A stretch of DNA of 64,000 nucleotides from Amoebidium appalachense (GCA_963693365.1 CAVNZM010000008.1:1922001-1986000); one strand, 5' to 3'; numbered from the stretch's first letter, positions 1 through 34,997 are shown. The notes: generated by a model from the sequence alone, not told the origin. A program made the numbers and translations.

Positions 1-416
1 AAAGTGACACACACACAAAAAAAAACACACACACACACAGAGAGAGAGAGATTCAGAGAACGAGAGACTCTGCACTCACACCTTCTCAGTTAAACACTTA
101 CCCACATACCAACAAGCAGACTATATACACAGACATACATGCGCGCAACCCCCCCCCCCCCCCCCCCCCCAACCCCCCACCCACCCCACCCCCCCCCCCC
201 CCCCCCCCCCCCCTCCCCCCCCCCCCCCGGGGGCGAGCCAGCACATCCTCTGACCTCACATATACATACATCATAACATGCAACATCTAGGGCGTTTCTC
301 TCTTGCTTTCCAGTCTTTCGATTGCTTAAAAAACTTACACACACGCCATCTTTTCTACCATCCATTTTTCTGCCCGCACGTACACTATAATTCTCTAACT
401 GATACTCTTGCTGAAG

Positions 417-454
<38 letters not shown>

Positions 455-764
455 CCTCCCTCCTGGTGCCCCACCCTTCCTCTGTTTTCTTCTCTCGATG
501 ACTCTACTGCTCACCCCACGGTTTTTTCAACAGAACCAAGTTTGAGTCGATCAGAGTTGCTGTGCCCACACTCTTGTGTTCTCTTCCTCCATTTATCACC
601 TCCGTCGCAACACACCAATCCCATACATTTTCCTCTCTCTTTTTCAGTGTCTCTCTCTGACTATCCCCCCCCCCCCCCCCCCAAAAAAAAAAAAATAAAT
701 AAATAAAAATAAAAAATAAGAACAAGCAAACAACAACATCTGAGACTGACCAATCACATTGCAG

Positions 765-22018
<21,254 letters not shown>

Positions 22019-22742
22019 TGGCATCTATTGCTCCTATGTGCTTCTACTTGCTATTAGTAGCTGCTAGTGAAATCTTGTGGCTTCTTGGGGCTCCAAACTA
22101 GTGCACTTGCTTCCCCGACACCCCTTTCTTCGGGCTACTTTATCACGATGCACATCCACAAATTACGAAACATGCGAAACTTGCCGCAATGATTAAATTA
22201 CATAGACACTATTAATTATACGTATCACTGGAAGAGGGGGAGGGGGGGGGGGGGGGGGGGGGGGTATTATTGATTTACTCCTACGGTAATATTCCGGAAT
22301 TGACATCCTTGGTTGGTGTTGTGGTTTGAGAGACGCAATGTATAACTGCTCACCACCCCACATGCAAGTTTTTCTTTTATTTTTATGTAGGGAATTTTGC
22401 GATTTCAAAAATGTAGCAAGAGATTGGTTAGGACATATGACTAGACTAGCACGAACGAAAGAACACGTGTTATGTGCCACGTGTCGTGTGTTTTATACTA
22501 TGCATGAATGGTGTTATACATATATGCTTGGTGGTGGTACATCTTACTAACGACTATACAAATATGTGTAATGGTACATAGGATATCGAATACGAATAAA
22601 TTGATCATGCTTTCTTTCTGTGAAGACCATATTCTTTTCAGCCTCTCATATACCCGCCCCCCCCCCCCCCTCCCCCCCCCCCCCCCTCCATCCTCCCCCC
22701 CCCGGCCCCCCCCCCCTCCACACACACACACACACACACCCT

Positions 22743-22787
<45 letters not shown>

Positions 22788-23495
22788 ACCCTCAACCCCT
22801 CACCACCCCATCTCCCGGCTGCCTCCCCACCCCTTTTCCAGGCTAATCATGGGCCCCTGGCCTGCCTCACGGCTTTCTGGTTGTTATTTGCGAGCTTGGC
22901 TTGAATGACATCCCCCCCCCCCCCTTCCCTCGGTGGGCTGGTGGGCACAGTGGTGGGAGGGCAGGAGGAGGGAAAGATGGGTGGGGGTTTTTAATTATTT
23001 TTTGCTTCTATTTTCCTTTTTTGTTTGTTTGTTTTTTGTTTGTTTGTTTGCAAAAATGGGGGGGGGGGGGGACCTGACATGAAACAGTTCAGATGCCTCA
23101 TAGATGTTCAATACCAGCACTGCTGAAATGTTTACTTGTCTGCAAATTACCTCATTAAGCAAATGTGTAAGGTCCAGGTTGTGTTGTGTGTTCGTACATT
23201 CATGCATTTTCGTAAATTGAATACCGGAATTTAGGTCTGCGAAAACCCGAAACAAGCCAATTGAATGAATCAAATGTGTTCGTAAGTGAAATTCTTGTGT
23301 TGGTTTGTGCACAAATTCAAAGCGAAGAAATGAATTTACGTTCCGAAGTTCCATACAATACGCTTTAGGGGTTTGTGAAAAACCTGTATCGACCTAATGA
23401 ATGTCAATTTCAGGCCCTTCCATCTAATCCCCAAACATCCCAATCGCTAACACTCCTTTTGTCATTAGCATTCATTAGCATTCATTAGCCCCTAA

Positions 23496-24450
23496 CTAGC
23501 ACTTGTCGTCTTTATCATCGATATCCTCCCCGATATCAGCCGGTTGTATTTGCACCGTATTCTCATTGGGCCTAATCTCACCATCAGAATTATTCTCCTC
23601 GCTCGAATCTTCGCACATAATAGCCGGGGCTACACTCTTGATGCTATTGGATTTGCCCTCCTCTAGGTGAGCCGTGCTCTGACTGGTAGGCGACATTGTG
23701 ATCCGATTGGAGTCTGCGATCTCAGCCTTTTGGTGTGAGGCGTAGTTGGAGTGGCGCATACCATAGGCAAAATACAACACCCATCCGGCCACCAACCACA
23801 CAGCGCAGTAAATATACGCGATCGATCCGAGGCCGGCCATTAGGACGCTGTTGACAAAAATACCTGCCAATGGAATTGCAGGCATTAAGGGACATTGGAA
23901 TGTTTCTGGGGTAACTGGGATCTCGGTGAAGTAGTAAATGTAGAGGACAGAAATAAGAGGAATACCCATGAGAATAATTCCCAAGACAATATTCACGGCA
24001 AGGCATGGGTGCGCCTCGTTGTAGATGAACCAGAACATCCACGTACCAATCAGATACGACGATAGAGCCGTGACGGTCAAACGGGAAGATACCATTGGTC
24101 GACGGTGTTTACTGGTGATTAACTCCTTTCTGGGATTGGTTCCTGTGATGGTTGTCATGCGTAGAATAAGGGTACCCGCACACACACTGCTATAGTTGAT
24201 AAATGCACCGAGAGAGATTGCATTTACGAGATCGTCGAATTTGAAGAAGAGGGCTAGGACTCCGGCCACAAGACCAGTAAATGCAACGGAGAAAAGTGGG
24301 ACACCTTGACGATTAAGGCGGGCGAAAATGGGTGGGAGGAGACCTGGGAGGGCAAGGGCATGGGGTTAGGCACGGGTGGTGAGGTTAAAGGTGCGTACGG
24401 GTTTCTTATTCTACTTATCCACTTTTTTTGTTGTTGTTGTTGTTGGCAGT

Positions 24451-24493
<43 letters not shown>

Positions 24494-24752
24494 GTCTGCC
24501 AGTGCACAAAATGCTCTTGTGGATCTTACGGAAGTGTTCTGGCATCGTTTGTCCGTGCCCGGCGTGCCGGGCATGTGTGTTTGGGTGTATGTGGTGTGTC
24601 TGTGTGTGCTTGTGTGTGTATGCATGTGTGCTTCTGTGTTGTGCGTAGCATTTAGTGCTTGTGTGGATATATGGTAATGGTGAGCGCCCCGTTTCAGATT
24701 TTCCCTTTTTGATCCTAGTCTTCGTTTTATTAATTTTTTTATTATTATTTTT

Positions 24753-24783
<31 letters not shown>

Positions 24784-25403
24784 GGTTACACACCATCCTG
24801 AGCCATTGGGAAGAACACACGTGCCTGGCCCATGAGTGAACACAAAGTCGTGCACGTGAGTGTAGTCACAGACCCAAACGCAACTAACTTGGTCGCCCAC
24901 GGCCTTCCAACGTACAAAAACGCCTCCGCGACAGGTGCGTTTTGGTAGTTTGGAAGTGCAAGAAAACTTATGGGAACCATTCCACTTATGACACATGCTA
25001 ATGCACAATATAGAACTCCCGATATGAGAAGTGACCCCATGAGGCCTATGGGGACGTCTCGGCGGGGGTTTTTGGCCTCTCCGCTCATGGTTGATACGGC
25101 ATCAAATCCGATGTAGCTGTGGTGGTGAAGGTGGGCTGTTAGGTAAAGACATGCTGGCGGCTGGGGTTTTAGCATGAATTCGAAGGGAGAGTGTGGGAAA
25201 GGGCAGGCGATGAGTATTTGTGTGTGTGGGGGGGGGGGGGGGGGGGGGGGGGGGAGGAAGAGGAGGGGAGGGGGGAGGGGGGGGGGGAAGCTTAGAGAGG
25301 GAAGGGTTAGGTGAGAAGTGTGTGTGCGTGTGTGTGCGTGTGTCTGTGTTGTGTGTGTGTGTGCTTATGTGTGTGTGTTTATGTGCGCAATTTAAAGAGA
25401 GAC

Positions 25404-25442
<39 letters not shown>

Positions 25443-27546
25443 CATGCCCCTTCTGTGTGTGGGGGTGCCTATAGGTGTGTGAATCAGTGGAGTCTTTATG
25501 ACCGTACATGCATGCGTGGGGATGTCAAGGCCAAGAGCTATATTAGGAATGTTTACCTGAAAAAAGCAACGCCAGCCCCAGAAAGCACCCCGTCAAACCC
25601 AAAGGGCATAAACGGGCTGTAGTTGTCCGGATCCACAAACACAGCGCCATAGACAATCACAAACACAATCAGCGCTATGTTCCACACCGTCATGATCACG
25701 TTAAAGAGCGAAGATTCACCGGCACCTCTCAACAGAACCAACGAGAGAAGAAGGACGATAGCGAGGGCCAGGGGGTAGACTTGGAAGAAATCGTTGAGAT
25801 TAACGGGAGAGGCACCTACGGGAATCTCAACACCTGGGGGTGAAAAAATGGAAGAAAAAGGGGAGGGGGGAGGGGAGAGGGAAGCGGGAGAGGGAATTGG
25901 GAGAGGGGGGGGGGGGGGGGGGGGGAGGGGGGAATATTAAGATACGATGATCTCGGATCTCTTTGTAGATTATGTCTCAAGAAAAATCAGAAAAGTAGTG
26001 GTAGTACCCCCCTCCCCCCCCCCAAAAAAAAAAAAAATTACGACAACCCCCCGACCTACCACACACAAGTCAGCCCCCATCCCCTCAATCCCCACCTCTT
26101 TTGCATGCCTGTTTTGATACACTGGGCAAATGGTTCAAGCAAGTGTCTGCGCGCGTGCATATCGACGTGTGCAAAGTCTCTTCTCCTTTTTCGTTTTTTT
26201 GCGCGCACACGCGCATGTGTGTGTGTGTGGGGGGGGGGGGGGGGGGGGGGGGGGGGGAGGGATTGGGGGGGTTGGGGGGGGGGGGGGGTTTGGGGGGGGG
26301 GGGGGGGGATGATTACCGAAACTTGCAATGAAAGAAAGCAAATAGTTGGCCCACGAGATTGCAACACCACCGGCAGAGATGGCATACAGAAGGGTCATGT
26401 TCCAGCCAATAGAAAAGCCCATCATCTCACCAAATACGGCATAGGCATCTGCGGCAGATAACCGTGAGTATAGGGATTGTGTATGCCTTTGATGTGTGTG
26501 GGCCGTGTGTGGTTGTGTGTGTATCTGTGAGCCCGTGCGTGCTCAGGCGTGCACACGCGCATGTGTGTGTGTGTGTTTGCGTGTCTGTGCCTGTGTGTGT
26601 GGGTGCAAGTATGTGCTTGTGTGCATGTGTGTGTGTTTGCGCGGGCGCGGGCGTGTGGGTGTGGGTGTGGATGTGGTGTGGGTGTGTGTATGCGTGTTCG
26701 TGTGTGTGTGCATGCCCCCATGTGACTGTGTGTGCATGGGTGTCACGGTATTTGTAAGTGTTTTTGAGTGTGTACGCACGGGTGGCTGACTACTTTCTCT
26801 GAATGTTACTATGTGTATGGCTCAGGCAGTGTGCACAAATCAACCATGTGTGCGCAAGACCCTTGCAGGTGCGTGTGCATTTGTGCAATCTGTGCCCATG
26901 TACCAGCTTAACAAAGTTCTTCCTTACACATGTACGTGTGCAGGTGTGTGCAATTTGCATACCAACGCCATACCCTGTTTGCACTATGTTCTCGCTTGTG
27001 TGCTGTGCCCGCAACCTTATGCGAACAAAGGGTGCTTACATGCATAGACCCCGCCTGGGAGGGGCAGCCTCGAAGCAAATTCGGCATAGCAGAGCCCAGA
27101 CAGCAGGGCCGCAACGCCGGCAAAAAGAAAAGACAGCCATGCACTGGGCCCGGCATTCAGCGCGGCAATCTGTGAACAGGTTGTCTGCTTTTAGGGTCTA
27201 ATATGATGGCATACATAAATATTCACCAGTAAAATGTGTATTAAAAAACGGTATGAAAGAATCAGCCTGAGGAAAAGAGGGTGGAAATATCAGCGACAAG
27301 AACTTGTAGCTTTCACTACATTCTATTCATCAGGAGGTGGATGTGGACCTTATAGGAATATTACCCTTTGGACACGCCGAATATTACCCTTTGGACACAC
27401 CCTATATATGTTTTTATTTTATCACGTTTTGTTCCCGGAGAGTCTTTAGAGGCCCTCTAGGGAAACTACCGTCTACCACACAGCACCGACAGTACACGAG
27501 TTAAGGTGCTATCTATGAGTTCAGCTAAGCTAAACCCTATACATAC

Positions 27547-27578
<32 letters not shown>

Positions 27579-27821
27579 GATCATGAAATGAAACAGGATT
27601 TTTCGTTATGATTCTAGGAAAGTACTGTGTGCACATCAATTCGCTTCACCCACCTGCCCGGTAGTGACAAACACACCGGCACCCACGCAGCTGCCGACAC
27701 CAAAAGCTATCAAGTCCACCACACCCATACATCTTGTGGGTTCACCTGCACCGGATTCCCCCTCCAACTGCATCATATTAACTGGCTTGCGCCATCCCAT
27801 TTGCCTTGCACACCACGCCAT
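23496..27821 (-). CDS. Cationic amino acid transporter (APC superfamily, CAT/SLC7-like), 6 exons
   Basis: Exons (minus strand): 27821-27654, 27169-27040, 26448-26317, 25833-25557, 25116-24794, 24343-23496; all introns GT-AG. Motifs: [121 protein letters not shown]. Confidence 0.94.
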
Positions 27822-29333
27822 TTCGAGTGTGTTGGAATGAGAGTTGTGGTGTATGTGGCGTCTGTACGGTGGGAGAAAGAGTCGGGTACGTTTGAAAGTG
27901 CTCTACTGTATCATTTCAAATGGATTAGTCTCTTTATGCTCTCAGACTATAGAGAAGATGAAAGAGCGCACTCTTGCAAGTGGTAGCACATGTGGAGTGT
28001 GTTTGGTCTAAGAGTCCCACCGTGTGTTTGATGATTGGCAACGTATGTATTTAGTGCTTACTGTTTTATGTTCAAGTGTAGTATGTATAAATAATTAGCC
28101 TTTTCTCTCGGTCTCAACGCTCTAAATATGGGTTTTTAGTTATGATTCTGAGCGATTGTGAAACAAGGTGCAACCAGCATGCGAAAGTCCTCTTGACGGG
28201 AGCGGGCGGAGTGCGCGCCTCAGTCAGCCTTTTTATACACTGGACCCTTCAATAGACCTGTGCTGATTGGCTAAAACAGACAGACTTTCTCGAAATTTAA
28301 ACAGGCATCTAACCAGATTTCAAGCAAAATGATTGGTGATGATAATAGAATCTAATTTAACTATAATTTATTTGTCCTAAAAAGGAGCAAATGTCATGGT
28401 TTATTTGTACCGCCTCTGTAAACTGTCGATTTCTATTGGACCATCAGGTAACGCTGCACGGCTGCAGTTAACGGGCCGGCCGGCGGATCAGCAATTTTGA
28501 TCGAGCTGCACGCATGTGCACACTCTCAGGTGTCCTATTTACATAACCACGGCCACCAGCTAATATAAGTTGGCGTTTCTTTTTGGGAAACTGCTGTTGT
28601 TGGGTTGCAAATCTTATTTACGGAAGATTATCATACGCGTAGAGGTCTGGATATCTGATTCCAAGCACTGCCAATGGGAAGCATACCCCCCCCCCCCCCT
28701 CCCCCCTCCCCCCCCTCCCTCCCCCCCCCCCCCCCCCCCCCCCGGCCCCCTCGAGCTCTTCTTCGCGCCCCCCCCCCCGCGCCCCGCCCCGCCCCGCCCC
28801 TTCCCCCCCAGGCCATGTTGTATGACTCCCGGGCCTCCCCTCCCCCCTCCCCCTCCCCCTCCCCCCATACCCCCCCACCCCACCCCCCCGTCCTCGGTGC
28901 GGAGGGTGGCCCTCTCCCTGAGTGGGGCCTTATTATAATTATAATTGTACACATCAAAGACTTTGGTCCATCGACGTGGACTGATTATTAGAGGAGGCGC
29001 TGTTGAACTAACTGATCAGCATAGATAGGGAAGGCCGATGATTCGGCTCGAGAGAGGAGGTCACGGAACATAAATAGTACGATTTTATTTTATTTTATCC
29101 GGTATTGTCCTCCCTCCTAAGAACTACGTATACATACGTACCGTCTTCCATAAAACACCGACAGTCACTATACCCGAACTGACAAAATAAAAATAAAACA
29201 TCATAGAACAGTGACTATCTATAATAGTAGCCTAAGCACCTGATAATACAGCATGGTGTTGCAGCACTTAGGGAAGCTAACACATCTTCTTCTTCTTCTT
29301 TTTTCTTCTTACCAATCCTATCTACGTATACTA

Positions 29334-30082
29334 CAGTGTCCCTTCCGCGCATAACATACCGCGGCGACAAGGATCGTGGTCGTTATGTTAACTTTTTATT
29401 AGTGTTTTTTTTTAGCCTTCCAGAGCCCGTCTCAATTATGTAAAGCCCCCCCCCCCCCCCCCCCTCCCCGCGGCAGCTACCCGCCACCCAACTGGAGGTT
29501 GGGGAGGGGAGAGCGTGGGGGGAGGGGGGGAGGGGGGGGGGGGGGAGTCGAGAATTCAACAATTGTGTGTGCAAGCTGAAGAGTATGGCATACCTGGTCA
29601 ACATTGAGCCGTACCCGTGGTGTATAGCGGCCCCACTTGTCACGAGGCCGCTCTTCGTCTTCTTTGCTCCGACACGAACTGATTAGCCTCGCTAAACGAG
29701 TGTGATACGCCTGGATGGTGGGAAGGCGTTCTACGATCGACTTTCCCTTAGCGTTTGTTTTCCGGCGCTTGCCCATTTTGTACCGGCGGCAGAAGTTGCG
29801 CAGCCATTTCTCAGACGCTTTAAACTTGCTATACTCTTCTTTCGTGAGCATGTGCGTAGCGAGTTTGAGTGCCTTTGTGCGAAGCCACAACGAGGTAACC
29901 CGTGCCTTGTCGTCCCGCCGCCGCCTATACAGTCGATGCAGCTCTTTTTCAAGCGCCTGGTACTTGACTTTCGCATTTCCCTTCCCACCTGTGTGGGAAC
30001 GGTTGTATTTGCGTGTGTGTGTGTGCACGCGCGCGCGCGCGCGCGCGCGCGTGTGTGTGTGTGTGTCTTTGCGTGTGTGTGT

Positions 30083-30158
<76 letters not shown>

Positions 30159-32244
30159 GTGTGTGTGCGTGTGTGTGTGTGCGTGCGCAGATGTGCCATG
30201 GTGTGTGTGTGTGCGCGCAGAGGTCAGGGAAGGGGGAAGCTGTGAGCGCCGGGAGAAAGAGGGGGAAAGGGGGGAGGGGGGGGGGGGGGGGGGGGGGGAT
30301 ATCATGGAGAAACGGACACAAGAGGGCCCATAGTGAATTAAATGTGTGCGGGATTGGTGTGAACAGTGTGGTTTAGAAATAAGGGGGGAAGGGGGGGGAG
30401 GGGGGGGGGGGGGGGGGGGAGAGCAAGCAAGTGATTTGTTTAAAAAAAAAAAGGAAAAGCAGACGCAAACAAATGCACCTACCCACCCACCTCCGTCCCC
30501 ACTCACCCACCCACCCACCCCCAAACCAAGTTATAAGTCTTAACACATCAGGCCTCAGCTATTGGTTATCCTTGTTTCCCTATCCTTGTTTCCCTACTAC
30601 ATACCACAAAGGCAAAACAACACAGCGAGCAACGCAAGCAAGCTGTGCTCGTACCTGTTAGCTTCAGCACCTTCAGCCCTTCTTCAGCAGCCAGAGAAAA
30701 GATCTTCTCCTTTTTTCGCATCCACCTGAAAACATGGAAGGTACTCAGTTGAGTTACATTTGAGTAGTTGGTCCGGTACAGTTTTCGCTATTTCTTTGGG
30801 TTTCACCGGCACTTTTATCCAAAGGTAACAGGCCTACAAGAGCAAGTGACTAACAACAAATAGAGTAATCAGAGCCTCCCGTGCATTATGCGGTACAGGT
30901 ACAACAACTAATGCTGGTTCAAGTTCATACATAACAAATGATCTGGCAAGTAGACAAACTCACAGACTTGCATTACCATAGAACTAAGTGAAACGACTAT
31001 CATAATGTACGGGCCTTGGCCAACTTACTCAAATAATGTTGAAGATTTCTTCAGGGGGTGTTTCTCGCGGTACTTTGCAATCGCCGCCGCCGTGTTCTTG
31101 GCTTTCACACCGAGAATCTCTTCAATGATCTGCGCCTTTTCCGTATAAGTGTACGGCTCTCGCTCCGCTGCCCCCTTGTTGTTTTTGCAACGATCTTCTT
31201 TGCGTTTACCTTCCGCTAAACGCTGGTTTATACACTCAAACTCCGCAGCGAGCGCCTTTTGCCATTCAATCTCCTCTGGGGGCGGTGGGACAAACTCGTG
31301 TGTGACCGACCCAACGTTGTTCGTAACGAGGTTTGGTTGCCGTACAATAGCCTTTGCCGCAGCACAAGAGCGTTCGTGGTTTGACAGTGCACCGGCGTTC
31401 CCGCAGGAATACCCACAGCCCTGGCAGGGATGCTTGGGCTTATCATCGTCTGCAGCAAGCAGCTCGACGATTCGGTCGGCTTCTTTGACACTGCTTGCAC
31501 TCATCGTCTTTTTGCGGCCGTTCAGTTCAAACGAAAAATTCGAAACATTGACTTCTGCCCAGGCTTGCTGGCAGCCGTCTTTAGCTGCTCCGCACATGTG
31601 GCGACTCTGCGTTTCTTTAAATCACCTATCTGTGAACGGAGGTCTGCTTTTGCCTTTTCAGCTTGTGCAATTGCCTTGGTGGTTGTGTTACTAATGTTAT
31701 TGCTTGCTTCTACAAGACCCTCGGCAATGATCACTTGGGCCGCTTGCGCGCATTCCTGAAACTTGTCTGTAGCAGCATTTACTTTGTCTAGTGCACTATT
31801 TAGAGACCCAAGTGCAGCTGCCTGCACTTGAACTACTGGCTTGGTTATGATCGTTGCAATTGGTAAACATTAAACAACTACTTTCCACCTGCTGATATGT
31901 ATAGCTACGATACCGTTGAAGTAGTGTAGGCCGTATATGAGTCGGACGTTGGTACCTCGACGTGCATGTGCCAAATGCGAGCTGCGTTGGTGATTGGCTC
32001 TTCTTTGCATTTGGCGCGCGCGGGGCCAGCCGCTTTAACACCAAAACCAAATCCGAAATACTAAATAATGGGGGGTTATAAGGGTCCTGACTGCCTTATG
32101 AACAATGATTATGCTATATGTATGTGACCCCTTGTTGCGCTAACATCATCCCGGAAAATGACCGAGGTCATTATGTTAAGATTTTTCGAAATCGGCGTCG
32201 ACATTATGTTGTTGGCGGATTATGTTATGCGCGGACGGACACTG
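29334..32244 (-). mobile_element. pogo/Tigger-like (Tc1/mariner superfamily) DNA transposon derivative, ~2.9 kb
   Basis: TIRs cagtgtcccttccgcgcataacata (from 29334) and tatgttatgcgcggacggacactg (to 32244; reverse complement cagtgtccgtccgcgcataacata). TA on the left flank; the right flank is not TA. Encloses a spliced CENP-B/Tc5-HTH transposase fragment. Confidence 0.85.
29594..31504 (-). CDS. Intron-containing pogo-like transposase, DNA-binding half only (~314 aa; truncated at the first catalytic Asp)
   Basis: Exons 31504-31029, 30725-30655, 29988-29594, GT-AG and in phase. Contains a C-x2-C-x12-H-x3-C finger (CQGC..HERSC), an HTH start [10 protein letters not shown], and a CENP-B HTH ([38 protein letters not shown]). 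Ends LNVDQ|gt, the NxD(E/Q) motif. Confidence 0.8.
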
Positions 32245-32761
32245 ACTGCGTACACACTTTGCTTAGCCCCGGGGTGTGTTCCAAGCATGCATATGACCAC
32301 AGCCTAGGGGTACATGTACTGTACAGTTCTAAGCTACCAGAATCTAATCATTATTCGTTAATAGTGCTACAGAAACCTCCCCCTGCACATGTCCCCCCTT
32401 CCCCCCTCCCCCCGTGGGCCGTTGCGGGGCGGCACATGTGCGTGCCTGGGGCAGTGAGAAAGACAGTTTGGTAAATGTCTATGTGCTATAGCTAACTTAG
32501 AACACGTCACCGCACACACAGTCTATACAGACTAAATACATGCATATGTATGCAACGGCCAGATTATTAATTTCTATAGCCTGATGAATATAGTCCCGCG
32601 ACTAAACTGCCTCAGCCCACTGCTGCAGTCGCCGCCAAGGCACTTTCTTGAAACAGCTCTACATTAATTACATTCGTCCAAATCCCCAGACAATCAACTG
32701 AAGGCGTTAGTAGTTTCAAGTTATTTTCTTTCTTTCTTTCTTTCTTTCCTTTTTATTATTT

Positions 32762-32792
<31 letters not shown>

Positions 32793-32804
32793 GGGGGGGA
32801 GATC

Positions 32805-32959
<155 letters not shown>

Positions 32960-33175
32960 GGAGAAGGGGAAAGGGGGGAGGGGGGGGGAGGGGGAGCGAG
33001 GGGGGGGGGACCGGAGCTGAGGCGTGATGGGATGACAGGGGATATCTTTAGGGGGCCTTTGCTAACGGTTACACCTACATGGCGGTTGCCCAAGTGTTGG
33101 TGGTGCCAGCAAAGAAAGCAACTAGTTAAATGCAGGGGGGAGAAGGGGGGGCCAGGGAGGGGGGGGGGGGGGAAA

Positions 33176-33224
<49 letters not shown>

Positions 33225-33575
33225 GGGGGGGGGGGGGGGAGTGAAGCTCAGCATGATGTAATATGCATATGTAACAGGCTCGCTTTGAGACTGGGTTTCA
33301 GAAGACACCAACTGTGAAGCGCAAAAATAATAATTGATTTGGATGTTTCATACTGATCTTTATTCAAGTTGTGATATGTATTACTAGTTCGGGGCCAGCC
33401 CAGAAGTTGATGGCATTCTTGCCGTCAATTAGCACGGAACTATTAAGAAGATTTTTTAATAAAAAACCTGCTTCTTCTGAAAGCATGATATAATGTTATA
33501 AAAAAAGGAAAGAAAGCGAGTTGGCCATTTTAAAAAATCTTAAGTTAAAAATGTGTGGCGCACTTGCGATTCAGT

Positions 33576-34901
33576 CTACATCATTTCAAACTGGCCGATG
33601 CTGACCACCGGGCCAGGAGCATCCACGGCCACACTGCGCACCCACTTGGCATACTGCGACACCCTCGTGTAGACGCCATAGTACCGGGCCTGTGCACAGC
33701 CCATGCCGTAGCTCACCACCCCAACAATCGTCGCGTCCAGGTCGCTGCCGCTGTACAGAGGCCCACCGCTATCGCCCTGGCACGAGTCTTTGCCCCCGGC
33801 CTCGAATCCGGCGCAGATCTGCCCAATACCAATGTTGTTGTTTGGGTATGCGGCCATGCATGCCTGCTGGCCCACTACCGGCACCTGGACCGCACGCAGG
33901 AACTCGGACACCACATGGCTAGTTGGGGATGTGTAGCCCCAGCCGGCAACAGTCAGCAGGGTCCCGGGGCTAGGGTCCTGGCTGGCCATTTTGATGTATG
34001 GGCCGGGGTGGGAGCCATCGATTTTCAGAAGGGCAATGTCATTGAGGCTAAAGGCTGGGTCGTATTGTGGGTGGACAGCAAAATCGACAATGGAATAAAC
34101 TGAGAACTGGTCGTCTGAGTTGAGGTTGGCCCCGCCAGCGCGTATCTTATCTCCTTTGATGTAGAATGAGTTGATACAGTGGGCTGCGGTCACGGCCCAC
34201 TTTTCGTTGATGAAAGAAACCCCGCAGTAGTGCTTGTACTGGCTGTAGCGGTTGATGTAGCTCAGTGACCCCATCCACCTCTTTGCATTCGTGACGTCAC
34301 CACCAACAATGTAGGCACTAGTGTCCTGCTGCTGGCTGGGTTGAGAGTTTTCCTCCATAGCAACGGCTAAGTCACGTGCTGACGGGTATGAGCTGGCTGG
34401 TGCCTGTTGGATGGCCTGCAGTGGTGGCAAGGTGGTGGTTGCCTGCAAGGTGGTTGTGGGTGTTTGTGGCTGCTGTGTGGATGATGAGGCAAGAGGTGTG
34501 AACATGGAAGATAAAGTAGGAAGAGAGGTGGTCTGTAACACTGTCATGGTTGCAATTGGAGAGGCAGTTTGTGATGTGGTGGTGGTGGTTGTCTGCGGGA
34601 GAGCTGTGTTGGTGAGTTGGGAAGTGAGACTAGTGGTGCTAGATGGCACTAATACGGTGGAGACTAGTGAGGAGATAACATCGAAGGATCCCATAGGTGG
34701 AGTGATTACAAAGGCCTGTGATGTTTGGATGGATGACACAGAAGGCTGTGAAGGTAATGATTCTACCGTGTTTGGTGTTGGCTGCATTATGGTTTGTGAT
34801 TGTTGAATAATATCGTCTTGGATTGACGGCAGAGCTGCGCCTTTGGCGAACCCAGATAGCACCGCGCTAGCGCAAGCAACAGATCTAATAATTGTTGCCA
34901 T
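33576..34901 (-). CDS. Secreted trypsin-like serine protease (S1A) with a long Ser/Thr/Gln/Pro-rich N-terminal region; intronless, 441 aa
   Basis: Likely ATG at 34901 (MATIIRSVACASAVL.., signal-like). IVGG, HYCG, TAAHC, NDIALL and [11 protein letters not shown] are all intact. TATA and CCAAT boxes lie upstream. Confidence 0.95.
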   Translation of the reverse strand: MATIIRSVACASAVLSGFAKGAALPSIQDDIIQQSQTIMQPTPNTVESLPSQPSVSSIQTSQAFVITPPMGSFDVISSLVSTVLVPSSTTSLTSQLTNTALPQTTTTTTSQTASPIATMTVLQTTSLPTLSSMFTPLASSSTQQPQTPTTTLQATTTLPPLQAIQQAPASSYPSARDLAVAMEENSQPSQQQDTSAYIVGGDVTNAKRWMGSLSYINRYSQYKHYCGVSFINEKWAVTAAHCINSFYIKGDKIRAGGANLNSDDQFSVYSIVDFAVHPQYDPAFSLNDIALLKIDGSHPGPYIKMASQDPSPGTLLTVAGWGYTSPTSHVVSEFLRAVQVPVVGQQACMAAYPNNNIGIGQICAGFEAGGKDSCQGDSGGPLYSGSDLDATIVGVVSYGMGCAQARYYGVYTRVSQYAKWVRSVAVDAPGPVVSIGQFEMM

Positions 34902-34997
34902 GATGGTGTGCGACTTTCCCTTGTCTTGTGTGGTGTTTGAGTTTTGTTGGAAGGTGATCAAGTTCTGAATGCTGAGAGACAGACTCCTGGTCGCATG

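Noticed and set aside
533-575. EPSLSRSE as the missing VPS18 N-terminal exon
   Set aside because: No donor in the phase needed to join exon 765, and no ATG; may be coincidence.
32575-32660. Hammerhead-like CTGATGA followed by hairpin tagtc/gacta
   Set aside because: The hairpin is followed by AAC, not GAAA, and no convincing stems I and III were found.
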